The position numbers were made by a program, and so were the translations under genes. A DNA stretch of 64,000 bases, taken from NCBI GenBank assembly GCA_907165135.1, contig OU015566.1, positions 7,068,001-7,132,000 on the forward strand, in the 5' to 3' direction. Under the pieces are notes generated by a model. The model was not told the DNA's origin. It saw only the letters and a list, made by a program, of their open reading frames with translations, and searched no databases. This DNA comes from Oikopleura dioica. Taxonomy: Eukaryota; Animalia; Chordata. Positions 38,740-50,000 of the stretch are shown one piece after another; positions within the stretch are counted from its first letter, which is position 1; each line of letters starts with the position of its first letter.

Positions 38740-39950
38740 CGCTACAAATCTTGAGCACGAGCGGTGCTCCAGCTGAGTTCACGAAATTCCAAGCCACCTG
38801 AACTTTCGGATTCGCAACTTTTCCAATCGATTTTCACATCAACAAGCTTTTCTGGCTTCTTGATTTTCCAGAGGCAAGAGACTGAGTATAGGCTGAATCG
38901 ATTCTTCTCTGAGTTTAATTGTTTTTCATCTAAAAGCATGTCTTCAAAGAGCCCTAAGAAATCAAAGACTAGTGATCAATATAAAGGTCTTTTGATAAAA
39001 GCCGTAAAACAAGTATTAAAACTTAGATCTAACAAATGCAGAGCTGGCATCAAATTAAAAACAGCATCATCATTGATACTCTTTGAAGCCTCTTTTAGTA
39101 TCAAAAAGAGTGTTCGAGTCTATTTTTTATTATTGAAGTCGCTTCTAAAGTCGGTATTTTTGTTTCAAGAGGTGCTAGGTCGGACAAATGAGCCCTCATT
39201 GAGGGAAAATTCAAAGTTCTTATCTCACCAAGCAGATCCCGCCGCGGATCAAGCGGATTTCTCAATCCTCTTCCGGCTGATACTGTCACTTTCTTATGAT
39301 CTAGTAGGGCGCACAGCGCTTTTAAATGCTCCGACGGCAACTGTCCAGAAAAGTTGCTTTCTTTCTTTCAGATTTTTGAAGACCATAATTCTGTTTTGAA
39401 TATTTTCTTTCTATAAATTTAGCATGATATGATGTTGTCGAAATAAAATAAGATTACAACTCATGTGTACTTCCGTGAAAAATTTATTATGATTAAAGCT
39501 CGCAAATTTGATATCTCCGAAATCTACTTTAGACATTTTGATTGGCTAAATTTTTTTTAGGTATTTTATTTATGAGCTGGTATTAAGATTGTCCTCGGAA
39601 TTTCTTTTGTGTGTGTTCTATTATTTGATGGTGCGGCTTGTGAGTGGGGTTTGGAGGCGGAGGTGGTGTTCAGGCCCGCGTTCTGTGATAAAGAGTGTGC
39701 TCTTTGATCGTGGTCGGTGTTATTCAAAAAACGCGCCTGGCCGATATAATTCCGACTTCAAAGTTGGGCGCGCTTTGAAGTCGGCAGTACTTACTTTTAT
39801 CTCGCTAAGGTGACTCTCTCACTTCAAAAGACGCAGGCGAACCCTCTGCACAACCCAAAGCCAAATTAGCATCAGCATATTACCATTACTAAAGCATACG
39901 TTTGGTTTCTCATTATTACGTTCCATGACCTGGCACCAGGCATTTTCCAA
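38740..39950 (-). CDS. Possible LRR-containing (F-box/LRR-like) gene, fragmentary
   Basis: Minus-strand frames include MPALHLLDLSFN and LLGEIRTLNF (LRR-like), plus an upstream EILENAW segment. No full exon chain was built. Confidence 0.3.
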
Positions 39951-42900
39951 GATTTCCTTTGTGACTTTATTTTCCGCAAAACAGAGATCACAAGATAAAA
40001 GAAGCGTTTTAAACTTCTTTGAAGTATTTTATTTTACTGTGTAAAGCGATAATCAGAGTGGCGTAAATATTTTTAGCTCCTTTGAAGTTGAGATGAGCAG
40101 TTGTTAATTGCTTGGAAAACGGAGTTTCGTAATTCTTGAGTTTAATTGTTTCAGAGTGAAATTGCTTTTTGGTCAATTTCTTGGTCAATGTCGCCGAAAA
40201 TGAGTTTTTGGCTAAATGAGTTGACCAAAAGCGAAGTCATTTTTGTACCAAATATTCGCCCTGCATTATTTTTGCTCGTTGAAAACTAGTTTTCAAAAGT
40301 TTTGAATTGGGCCAGATAAATATGATAAAGATCCCTTATCATCAAATTTTTATGACCGAGTTCTTCCCAACCCCATTTTTTTTTGTTTTACGAAGTAAAT
40401 AACCAAGCGGCCTCCGTTTTCCTCCTGACAGGTGCATCTTTTGGCGGCGCTATCCTTCTGAAGTTGTGAAAGTGTCTTATGCAGCGTGGACCGGTAGATC
40501 AGAGGCGGGCCGGTCCGGTCCCTCCTTAGAAGTGACGATAAGTGGCACTGATCATCGCCGAGGAGAGAAAAAAAGAGGACGAAGGTCCCCTCCGGCGGCC
40601 TCGGGGGCGCTCGGACCACCAAAAGCCCATTCTCACTGAAATCAGTCTGTCACACTCGCCAACCATTTAACCCCCTACAGAGACCATAAAAAAGGTGGAC
40701 AGTACAAAAACTCCCAAGAAGAAAATCAAATTGAACATTTTTGAAAAAATAAAAAAAAGAAGCTGGATTAGGCGGAAGATCAAGAATAAAGCCCCCGAGA
40801 GAGGATAAAAGAAAAATAGAAAAAAAAGAGGAAGATAGACCAGGGAAAAGAGATTTCACGAAGCCGACGGAAAATCCTCGACGTGAGCGAAAGAATTACT
40901 GTGAGACAGAAATAAGAAGATTGGAGATTTTCTCAAGACAGAAGTTTTAAATGGTAAGTTTTTCAATTTCACAGCTAGAAAAAATCGGAAACATGGAAGC
41001 TTTTTAATAATTTTCTTCAATATATCCCTTTGATTGTTTAAAAAAGCCGCAAGCGGCTTTGCTGAGGACTTCTTCTCATGATGTAAACCTATTCTTGAAG
41101 ATATTAATTTTTAAAGAGCGGCAGTTGGAAGCATTAAAAAACCCCTTTGAAGTTGTTATTTTCGTTCATTTTCCATTCTTTTGATATCTACAATCGATTT
41201 TTTCCTTTGAGAAGTGCCAGAAAGTGTCTTCTTGTTCTATGGGGACATATGGGGATTTGCATGGTTTTGCTTTATAAGTTATCGGAGGCAGAAGGGAAAG
41301 ATGATGGCAAGGATCTGAGTCGGCGTTTTAGGTCTTTTAGGGTCCCGTTTAGCGCTGATCAAAGAGCTTTCGAGCTTTGATCCTAACATGCGCCTTGTGA
41401 CTCTGCTTTGATCTTTCCGACGAGTCTCGCAAGGACGCCGACAGGTTGAGAAAAGATACAACCGAAGCGTTATTTCTGATAAAAACTCATTTTCCAGAGA
41501 AAAATTGCCGGTACGGAGCTGGTAAGAGCAAGGAAAGATATTCCTTTATGGAAACAAAAAAGATCAAGGACGTCAATTCTTTGATCGTCGAATTTATATC
41601 AGAAACATTGTTGGGACTCCCATTCATGTTGTTTTCAGTTTCTGAAATCTTCAAAGCCCATGTAAATTTTATCATAAACTTTGTTTGACATCATTGAAGG
41701 ATAAAAAAGTTGTCAAAAAATAGACATCTGGAAATATTTCAAAGTGGAAAAAGATGAAAATCGGCCTTCTGATTGGTTCTTCCGAAAAAGCGCCACCTAG
41801 AAGGTTATTAACCTATCAGAACGCTCGAAAATAATTTTCTAATTTTTGCGCTTTCTGATTGGCTTCGACGAATCCTCTCATTTTAAAAGCCGAATTCTAG
41901 AGCAGAGATTTTTCTCACAAACCCTAACCCTGGCTGATATTTCCGTCGAAATAGAAGCATATGTTTGTTCTTCGCCCCGTAAAATTAATTTTCTTAAGTC
42001 AAACAGGATAAAAAGAGGTTTCAAAAGCGGCGGGGGATCAAAAACGCGGATCAAACCGAATCCGGTCCGAATCACTAATTGGCGCAAGCTGGCCGCGCGT
42101 TTGTTCTCACCGGATGGGAAAACACCAAACTCCACTCCAAGTAAAAATAAATCCGCTTCTTTGAGGGAATTTGCAGTTCCACTCGAGTTCAAATTCAAGC
42201 GCGCCCAGGCGGCCCAAGTCTAAGGACATAAACCGGGACAAGTACCAACCCTCACTTTCGGATCAAAGTACAAAATTTCTAAAAAACAAAGGTGTCTAGG
42301 TAAAAGTTGAAGTTTTCATTTATGTATTGGTGTGTAGAAAAGACAGATCATGTGAATGCATAATATTTGAACAAAAAAATCGATGTCAATCTGGATTATT
42401 CAAGAGCTCTTCTGTAAGACCTTCCGTAGTATCTTCTGTTCTTTTGTGATCTTTGATTTCTTCTTGCTTCTTTCGATTTGCGGCGACGATTTCAAAGTAC
42501 CAAACGTTAGCGATAAGAAGAAAATCCAAGTTTCCAAGAAGTATCTCTTAATTATTTTTTCAAAAAACGGGTTCTTATTCGCAAATTACCTTCACTCAAA
42601 GGCTCCCCATATATCCACTTACAAATGCGTGGTACGAACCAAAGCACAAGAAGATTGAATAGATATCTAAAGAATGCCGGCCATTCCGAACCCCGATTCT
42701 CACGATAGTATTTGAACAGTTCCAAAAATACCATGATTGAAGAACTGACGCTATTTTCTTACAATTTTTTGATGAACAAGCGATTCTAGAGAGAATTTTT
42801 TTCTTTTGAATTTTTCCAACGACACCAGCAGCAATAAAAATTCATGCCCAAAAATAATAATAATCACAGACACCTGTTTTTCGCTGCTAATTTCAACCTT

Positions 42901-42970
42901 TCAAGTCATTCCAACACCTAATTATCCATTTTTAGATGAGCTGATTCTGAAAAAACACCCTCAGTCAAAA

Positions 42971-45002
42971 ATGAGCCTGACCAGCTTTATTTCAACACGA
43001 GACGAAGTGGACGGATTCCGAGATTATCTCCAGCAATACTCGCCCGAAGGACTGCTCGACTTTCGAATCTGGCTGACAGCGAATGGATACTTGAAGGAAT
43101 TTGTTCGGTATCGAGCACTGCATGACAACGATCTTGAAAATTTCGTCAAGTGGAACGCAAAATGTGCTAAAGCCATGATTGACCGGTTTTTTCAAGATTC
43201 TCAGCCAGGTAAAGTCTCATTTTAAAGACCTTTAATTTGGCCCGAAACGCGCTCTGATTGGTCGGAAATTTAAACAGCGCCACCAAGAAAATAACAAGCC
43301 AATAAGAAACCCGTTTTTTAAGATTTGCACCATGCCTACGATTTCTGCAAGAAGTTCTCAACCGTCGCGACAGCAGAAATGATCAAAACGGAAATGGAAT
43401 CGATTCGAAACATGGTTCAATCTCGACTCGAGCGCAAGTACTTGACACGCTTCACCGGCCGAACGAACCGACTCCTCTTCCTCGCGGAAAACCACAACAA
43501 TACAGAGTACCAATCCACCACCACTGAGTGTAATACTTGCAGCGAAGATACGAAAAGTTGCAATACCGATTGGTCGGCTGTTGATCCAAAAAAGGACAAG
43601 AAGAGATACAGGCGCAGACAAAAGGTAAATTTCAGTCAAAGAATCGATCAAATATTGCTTATAATAATTAATATTCGCGGTCTAAGATAGTCGATAAATG
43701 GTCTTAAAACTTTAAGGTAGGAGGCCATTTGTAAGGAGCTCAATCTTTAAAGTCAAAGTCCTTTGGACGTGATCCCAATCCTGAAATCCTTTTTTGATCC
43801 CTTCAAAAAACTACAGTTTCAAAGCGTTTGAACCTTCAGCCTCAAAAAAAGTAGCGTGCCTTGTACACCGCCCTCAAAGGAGCTCTTTCGGCCTTGAAGT
43901 CAACTCCTGTATTACGCGCGGGCCGATTGAGGCGTTTGATCATGTCCGATTTTTTAAAAAGTAAACCTACTCGAACTGCTTTGATGAGGTGTTTATTGGA
44001 CGGAAGCGTAATTTAGCGCCACCAGATGGGTAATCCGAGTGTTTAGAATATCAAACGCAGCCACTTGGGGAGAAATCGATCCGAGGGCCCGAAGAATTCC
44101 GATTTTATTCCGCCCAGCTTGCCTAAAATGCCGAACGAAGCGGATTTGGCAACGAAGAATCCAAAAGGTTTTGCGAAACTCGTCATCGAAAAGCTCGAAA
44201 AGGTAAGTCAGAGAACTCAATTGACAGTAAAAATTATTAGAGAAATTTTCAAAACTACCTTTTCATAAAAAAATGAACAAAATTTTGTTGATAAAAATTA
44301 TAAAATAAAATTTTCAGGTTTTGGAAATGCGGGAAAACGACTCAATCCTTGACGATCACTTGGAACGTGTCATGAAAACGCCGACCACGAGGTCATCGCT
44401 TTTGGCGCTTCCGTCTCGGACACTCAAAAACTTGAAACAAAGGACAAAAATGACGTTCTCCTCCTTTAGAAGCTCCGATTCTTCAGAGAAAAAGGTAAAA
44501 CCAAACGCTCTCTTCAACTCACTTTGAACTCAATTTTCAGATCGTTCAAAAGCGCGAAATTCCCGCTTTGGCGAAATCGGCGTCCGGTCCAGCGATTCTT
44601 GGAAATTCATTTCACCCGAGTCCAGAATCTGAAACATCAGTGACGGCGATTCAAACCCTTTTGAGTTCCGATTCCGGTTTATCCTCCACGCGGATCGAGT
44701 CAGAATCGGAAATGGCGGAAAGCGAAATGCTCGAAATCGACGGGCTCAAGCAACGACTCATCGAAGAAACTGACGGTAGTTTGTCCACAAATCTACTTTA
44801 CGAATACGACGAGGAGAAATACATCGTCAAGTGCCCAGGTCGATCTCCTACCTTGGCTTCTTTCCGCGGGCGAATCCATCTTCGAGGAATTTACCGATTT
44901 TTCTTCAAAAACGAAGAAGCAATTTGGGTCGAAATCACCGACCCGACAGAGCCAGTCCCTGTTTTAGGCGATACTGTTCATGCTAAAGTTATTCAAACCT
45001 AA
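42971..45002 (+). CDS. AXIN: Divergent Axin (RGS, GSK3-binding, beta-catenin-binding, DIX)
   Basis: Exons 42971-43208, 43323-43624, 44047-44202, 44318-44494 and 44541-45002, all GT-AG and in phase. RGS-like FRDYL..GLLDFRIWLTANGY; NPKGFAKLVIEKLEKV (Axin EPQKFAEELIHRLEAV); ENDSILDDHLERVMKTP (Axin SILDEHVQRVLRTP); DIX YRFFFK..WVEITD..VPVLGDTVHAKV. Confidence 0.85.
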
Positions 45003-45524
45003 CCTTACTCAACTCATTGAAAAAACCTAAGTTTGTGTAATATTTTTATTAAATTATTGAAAACCTACTCAACAACTGCTATACAAATAAAACCAATATT
45101 GATACTTTCTGATGTGAGTTTTTGCGAGTTTTGCATTTTTGTGTGGATAACTGGCCTTTCTGCGATAATCTGCGGTAAATTGGCGGACACCTCGGATGAG
45201 GTAAATTACCAACTGGAGAAGGTGATTTAGAGCTGTTGGCTGCGCACAAAAAATGGTCTATCTTTTGAGGACCTGTCGAAGCAAAACACGTTACGTAGCG
45301 TGGCGTTTCCCCTTTAAAAATAACAGATGGAAATTGCAGACAGTACGTGTTTTTGAGAAAATTTTATTGTCATAAAATTGCCGTCTACTATGATTGTTGC
45401 CATCTAGTAGGATTATTGACAATGATTTATTGACAATAAATTATTGTCGAATAAATTTGATTCGATCGGAGTAAGCCCGGATTTGAGTCTGAATTTAGGA
45501 AAACATTATTTGATATGTAAATAC

Positions 45525-46035
45525 CTAAATATTAACGCCAAAATGACGGAAGAGAATTTCTTCTCGTCTTGCGGACTCTTGATCTTGGCGGTCAAATCTT
45601 GCGATTAAGTCATTATACCGCTCACTGTCGGTTCTAGCTCTCTGAATATTATGCGCTTCTATTCTTGCAAGTCTTTCCTCCAACGACGAAAGTCGGGTGT
45701 CAATGGTTTTTCTTAGATTTTCGATGGTCTCATCTAAAAAGATTTTCTTATTCTAAAATTAAAAGTTCATGAAAATTAATGAATTGATACTCCGTTAACA
45801 TACGGAAATCTTCGCTTGTAATAAGATTATCAGTGAGAATATCATCAACAGCGCTTTCAGTGTTCTTCTGTCGCTTTTGACTTTGTTCCATCTTAATATT
45901 GATCTCAGAATGTAGCTCTTTTTTCACTTGCGCGAGTTCACCACGAAAATTATACCGCTCGACTTCAAATTCTTCTCGTTGTGAACGCATTGCTTCTTCA
46001 TGTTGTTGATTTTGTTCGTGAATCTGTTTATTCAA
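45525..46035 (-). CDS. Hypothetical coiled-coil protein (partial)
   Basis: Two in-phase exons (about 45799-46025 and 45525-45733) joined by a GT-AG intron; charged heptad-like sequence. The 5' end is unresolved. Confidence 0.4.
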
Positions 46036-47050
46036 CGATTCAATGTCCTTTTTGTTCCGATGAATTTCCTATGGTAGTTTTATTCACTGTTTCACTGAGA
46101 GAATTCAGCTCCATCAGAAATACTTGCTATTGGCTTTTATCAAAAAAGTACTATTTGAGTTGTGACTTCTCTTTGAAAACTTATTAATCAGCAATTTTGA
46201 AGCGAATCTTCAAATATTTTAGAAATTAACCTCTATCAGTTGGCTCATTGTAGGCATTTTGTAAGAAAAATTCTGCAATTTTTTAGTGAAAATGTCAAAA
46301 AATGATTTGCTTATATATCAAGATACGCCATAAAATGTTCAACATTATGTCCCTGTAAATATCATTTTGGTTTTATCAGTACAATGAAATTGACTTTATT
46401 ATGTTATTCACAGGAACCTGCTTGAAATTCTGCTTCAAAAATTGTTAAAAACTGAAAATCATGGGTTAGAGGCCATTCCTAAGTTGTGCAAACATTGCGT
46501 GAGTTTCAGTACTGCAAAAAGTGCTGAATAGTAAGACACTTGAAAAACCAAGGACATATGAAATGTCTCAAAAGGAGATCGACTTCGACGAAGTCTCATT
46601 TAGACATCTTGGCCGATCTTCTTGATCGAGTTGAAGGCGCCAGGTTTATTTCTTTTCAAAAAGATTTCGCGCGGCTGTATAAATAAATATGACAAGTACA
46701 GATATAAATTGTTTACACATGAAAGATTCATAAGCCAGCACTTTTATCGAACTGCAATTTTCAACGTAATATTTCTTTTTGTAACGTAAAATTTTGTAAT
46801 CAAAGATTGAATTAGCTCACAATGGAAAAAAATAAACTAAAAAAGTTGGTGCTAGAACGTGATTTTTCTTAATAAATGGAAGCCCGTGGCGGTGGTGAGA
46901 TTTTTTTAAATGAGGTAAAGGAGGTAGAAGTTGGTTGAAGTGGTTGGTTTTGTGGAAAACTGGACACGTGAAAGATTTTTTTTTTGTTTTTCGAAATTGA
47001 GTTTGAATTTCAGAAGTTTGAATTTCGTGAAGAAGAGAGAGATTGGTTTT

Positions 47051-50000
47051 TTAAAAGCAAATGAGCCAGGCTTTGCCGGACTTTTTGACAGGTGAACCGG
47101 TAAATACATGCGTTCGGGTAGTTCCGATTGAGCGGACCGCGACCGCATCAGCTGCCGTAATGTGCCCAATCTTCTCCAGATTTGTTGACCAGATCTAAAA
47201 ATACGTTTTTTCAAAATTTAGCGCTTTTCGGGCAGTTTTCAAAATAAAAGGCGATAGATTTTCTCGCTTAGAAATTCTAACGGAAAATTCTACCGAGAAA
47301 TGAACCACTGTACTCACGGCTAAGGAGCCATCCCTTGCTACAGAAACAAAGGCATTTCTTCCGGGAATGATTTTCATCGAAAGAATCCAGTCAGCATGAG
47401 CCATTGAAAAAGTCTTGACCAATTCGCCTTTGGAAGACCAGAGCTTTATGGAATTATCTCGCGAGCCGGTAGCGATGAAATCTTCGAATTCAACGATGGC
47501 AGTGACCTGGAAAAAGTACTGTAAAAGACTATGAAGGGTTGAACGGCTTACAGTGTCAAGATGAGGCGAAAGTGTTATTTTTGGTGCGATTGAATCAGCT
47601 GGCAGCTCAAAGGAATGACGGAAAAGACGCGTGGAGTTGTCGCGGCCGCCGACAGCTACGGAGACTTCTAAATCGGAAACTGTTCGGACTGAGAGGGCGG
47701 TTATCTCTGAAGGTGACGCGCATCGAAGTCCCGTGTCCAAATGGTTGACGTAACACTTCACCTTAAAAAACGATGTCAAAAATTATGATAAAAGTTTCAT
47801 GGACAATATCGTCGTATCAGCAATCCTAATATCTAGTAGACAACTTGGGGGGAAGATGAATGAACTAATTGATTGATCCATAGGCTATTGACCATAGACC
47901 CTCCTTTTGACCAGATTTAATGACTTTTATTGATATTCCAAATTTCATAATCACGCTCTCCAAAGAAACTGTATTGAGCTTTGGGAATGGCTTGTTTTGG
48001 CTGATCAAACGAGGCCAAGAAGGTTAGTTAATATTGGATAACGACGGAGTGTGTTATTTTCAAATCACGTTTTTAGTTCTTTTAGAATCTGTTTGTGCCC
48101 TCCTCTACTTTTTTGGATCATACAAGTTTTGCGTAAACTGTTTTTGAGTACACATTATTGCTGGCTAATTAAACGTAGAGGTCCAACCAAACTGAGAAAC
48201 ACTGCTCCGGATGTTTTAGAAGACGATCCCGCAATTTTTCTCTCAAATAAAAAAGGTGGGGTTGCCTAGGTTGGCCATAGACAGCCGTTTTTAAAAATAA
48301 ACTGGTGGATAAGCTTACAGTAACGATTAGATAAGCGCGCTATAAGAATATTTGAGCGGAAACAATTCATGCAATCAAGAAACTTACAGTCTTGTCGACA
48401 GCGATCCAGAGCCGTCCACAGTCATCAGTTTCCACGAACTGAATCGGTTTGTTCTCCGTGATGACTTTTAGCGGCTTTTCATTTCCTGTCTCCGTGTCCC
48501 AAGCGGATACTTTTCCCCCATCAACTGTATACAAAATGCGTTGCTTCGAATCAAAAGCGAGCAATTCCACTGGACTGGGCATGCTGTACTGAAGCACTTC
48601 TTTGTCGTCCACCAGGTCCCACATTTTGATCAACTTGTCGCGGCCAGAAGTGAAGAGGAACTCTTCAGAGGCGACGATCGAAATGATCGCTTTCTGATGA
48701 CCAACAAGAGCTTGAGTGCACTTCAATCCTACAGTGTTGTCTTCGTCCTCGGGCGAATGAGAGGGGAGGAATTTTCCAGTGGCTGCCCGGTCGACAGTAA
48801 CCTAGATAAGAAGAGTACTCCAGCTTCCTTATTTTTTAACAACATACCTTGCTACTAGAATTCCTTGAGAAAAAGCCGCCAACTCTCGAGCTCAATTTCG
48901 ACGAAGAAGAAGTGTCCTTAGAACCTGGGCTCGGCAAACTGAGCTGTGTAAAAACCTGTTACAGGTCCTGTTTCCTGTTTTTGGGGAACCTGTCTGAGTA
49001 CCTGTGTAAAATCGGGTAATAATTTGGGCCTGACCTGTGTACCTGTGTAAAATTGGGGGAAAATTTTTTCTTTAGCTGTCCCTGTTCCTGTTTCTGTCTT
49101 AAACAGGCCTGTGTTTCCCGCTCAGGTCCTGACCATAGACAGGCTCCTGTGTAACCAGGTCAGGAACTGCATAAGTCAGCGAAAATATTTAAAGAAATCG
49201 ATAACGAAAGGCGTAAAGAAGAGTTCGTCAATCAAAATAACCGATAAATTCGCGTCTTTTTGTTTCTTTGTAATATTTCTTCTCAGAAATATCCTGTTTT
49301 TTGTCCTGTCACAGGGCCTGTTTCCTGTTTTCTGACCTGCTCAGACCTGTTCAGGCAGACCCTGACCTGTGTAACCTGTTTGATAAGCTGTGTAAAAAAA
49401 CCTGTCTGAGTACCTGTCTAAAATCAGGATATTTTTGCTTCCTGACCTGTGTGCCTGTGTAAAATATGGGACAGAAATTTTTTTTCCTGTTCCTGTGTCT
49501 GTTCCTGACACAGTTTACCGAGCCCAGCTTAGAACTCCCCGTTTCAGTACTACTTATTGTTGATGTCGGAGAAGGCGATCTATCCGTCGATTCATCGCCA
49601 TTCTCCCCACTTGGTCCTGGAAGACCAAGGGCTGAAGAGAGGCCGAACATGTTCGCAGTTCGCTTCTTTTTCGAAGCTGTTCTTGGGGTCGGCAATGGGT
49701 CGGACCGGGAGGTTTTTTTGTCCATCAGATGAGAAATCAGTTGCTTTTGCATTGCGAAATATGATTCTAAAAAGTTCTGTCAGTAATAATTGCGGGAATT
49801 TAAAATGATCAACCATTAATTAACCTCTATAAATACGGCATTATTAATTGATAATACCCTCTATGTTTCATGTAAATAAGTTACCTTTGGAATCAAGCTC
49901 GTTTTGAACCTTCTGATAATTGGCCGTCATTTGCCGTTTCTCCTGGTTCACATTCGCGTGCGCATTCACAAAGAAAGGAACCATCTGGTTGAGTAAGTAA

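Noticed and set aside
38764-39399. 211-aa plus-strand ORF
   Set aside because: Low-complexity S/F/L/K composition; it is probably an antisense shadow of the minus-strand LRR-like exons.
41147-41688. Short plus-strand ORFs that might form a gene
   Set aside because: No recognisable family and no convincing splice chain.
48940-49510. Regular CCTGT-containing repeats that superficially resemble a CRISPR-like array
   Set aside because: The units are short, irregular and degenerate with no unique spacers. They are internal repeats of a TIR/TSD-bounded MITE in a eukaryotic genome.
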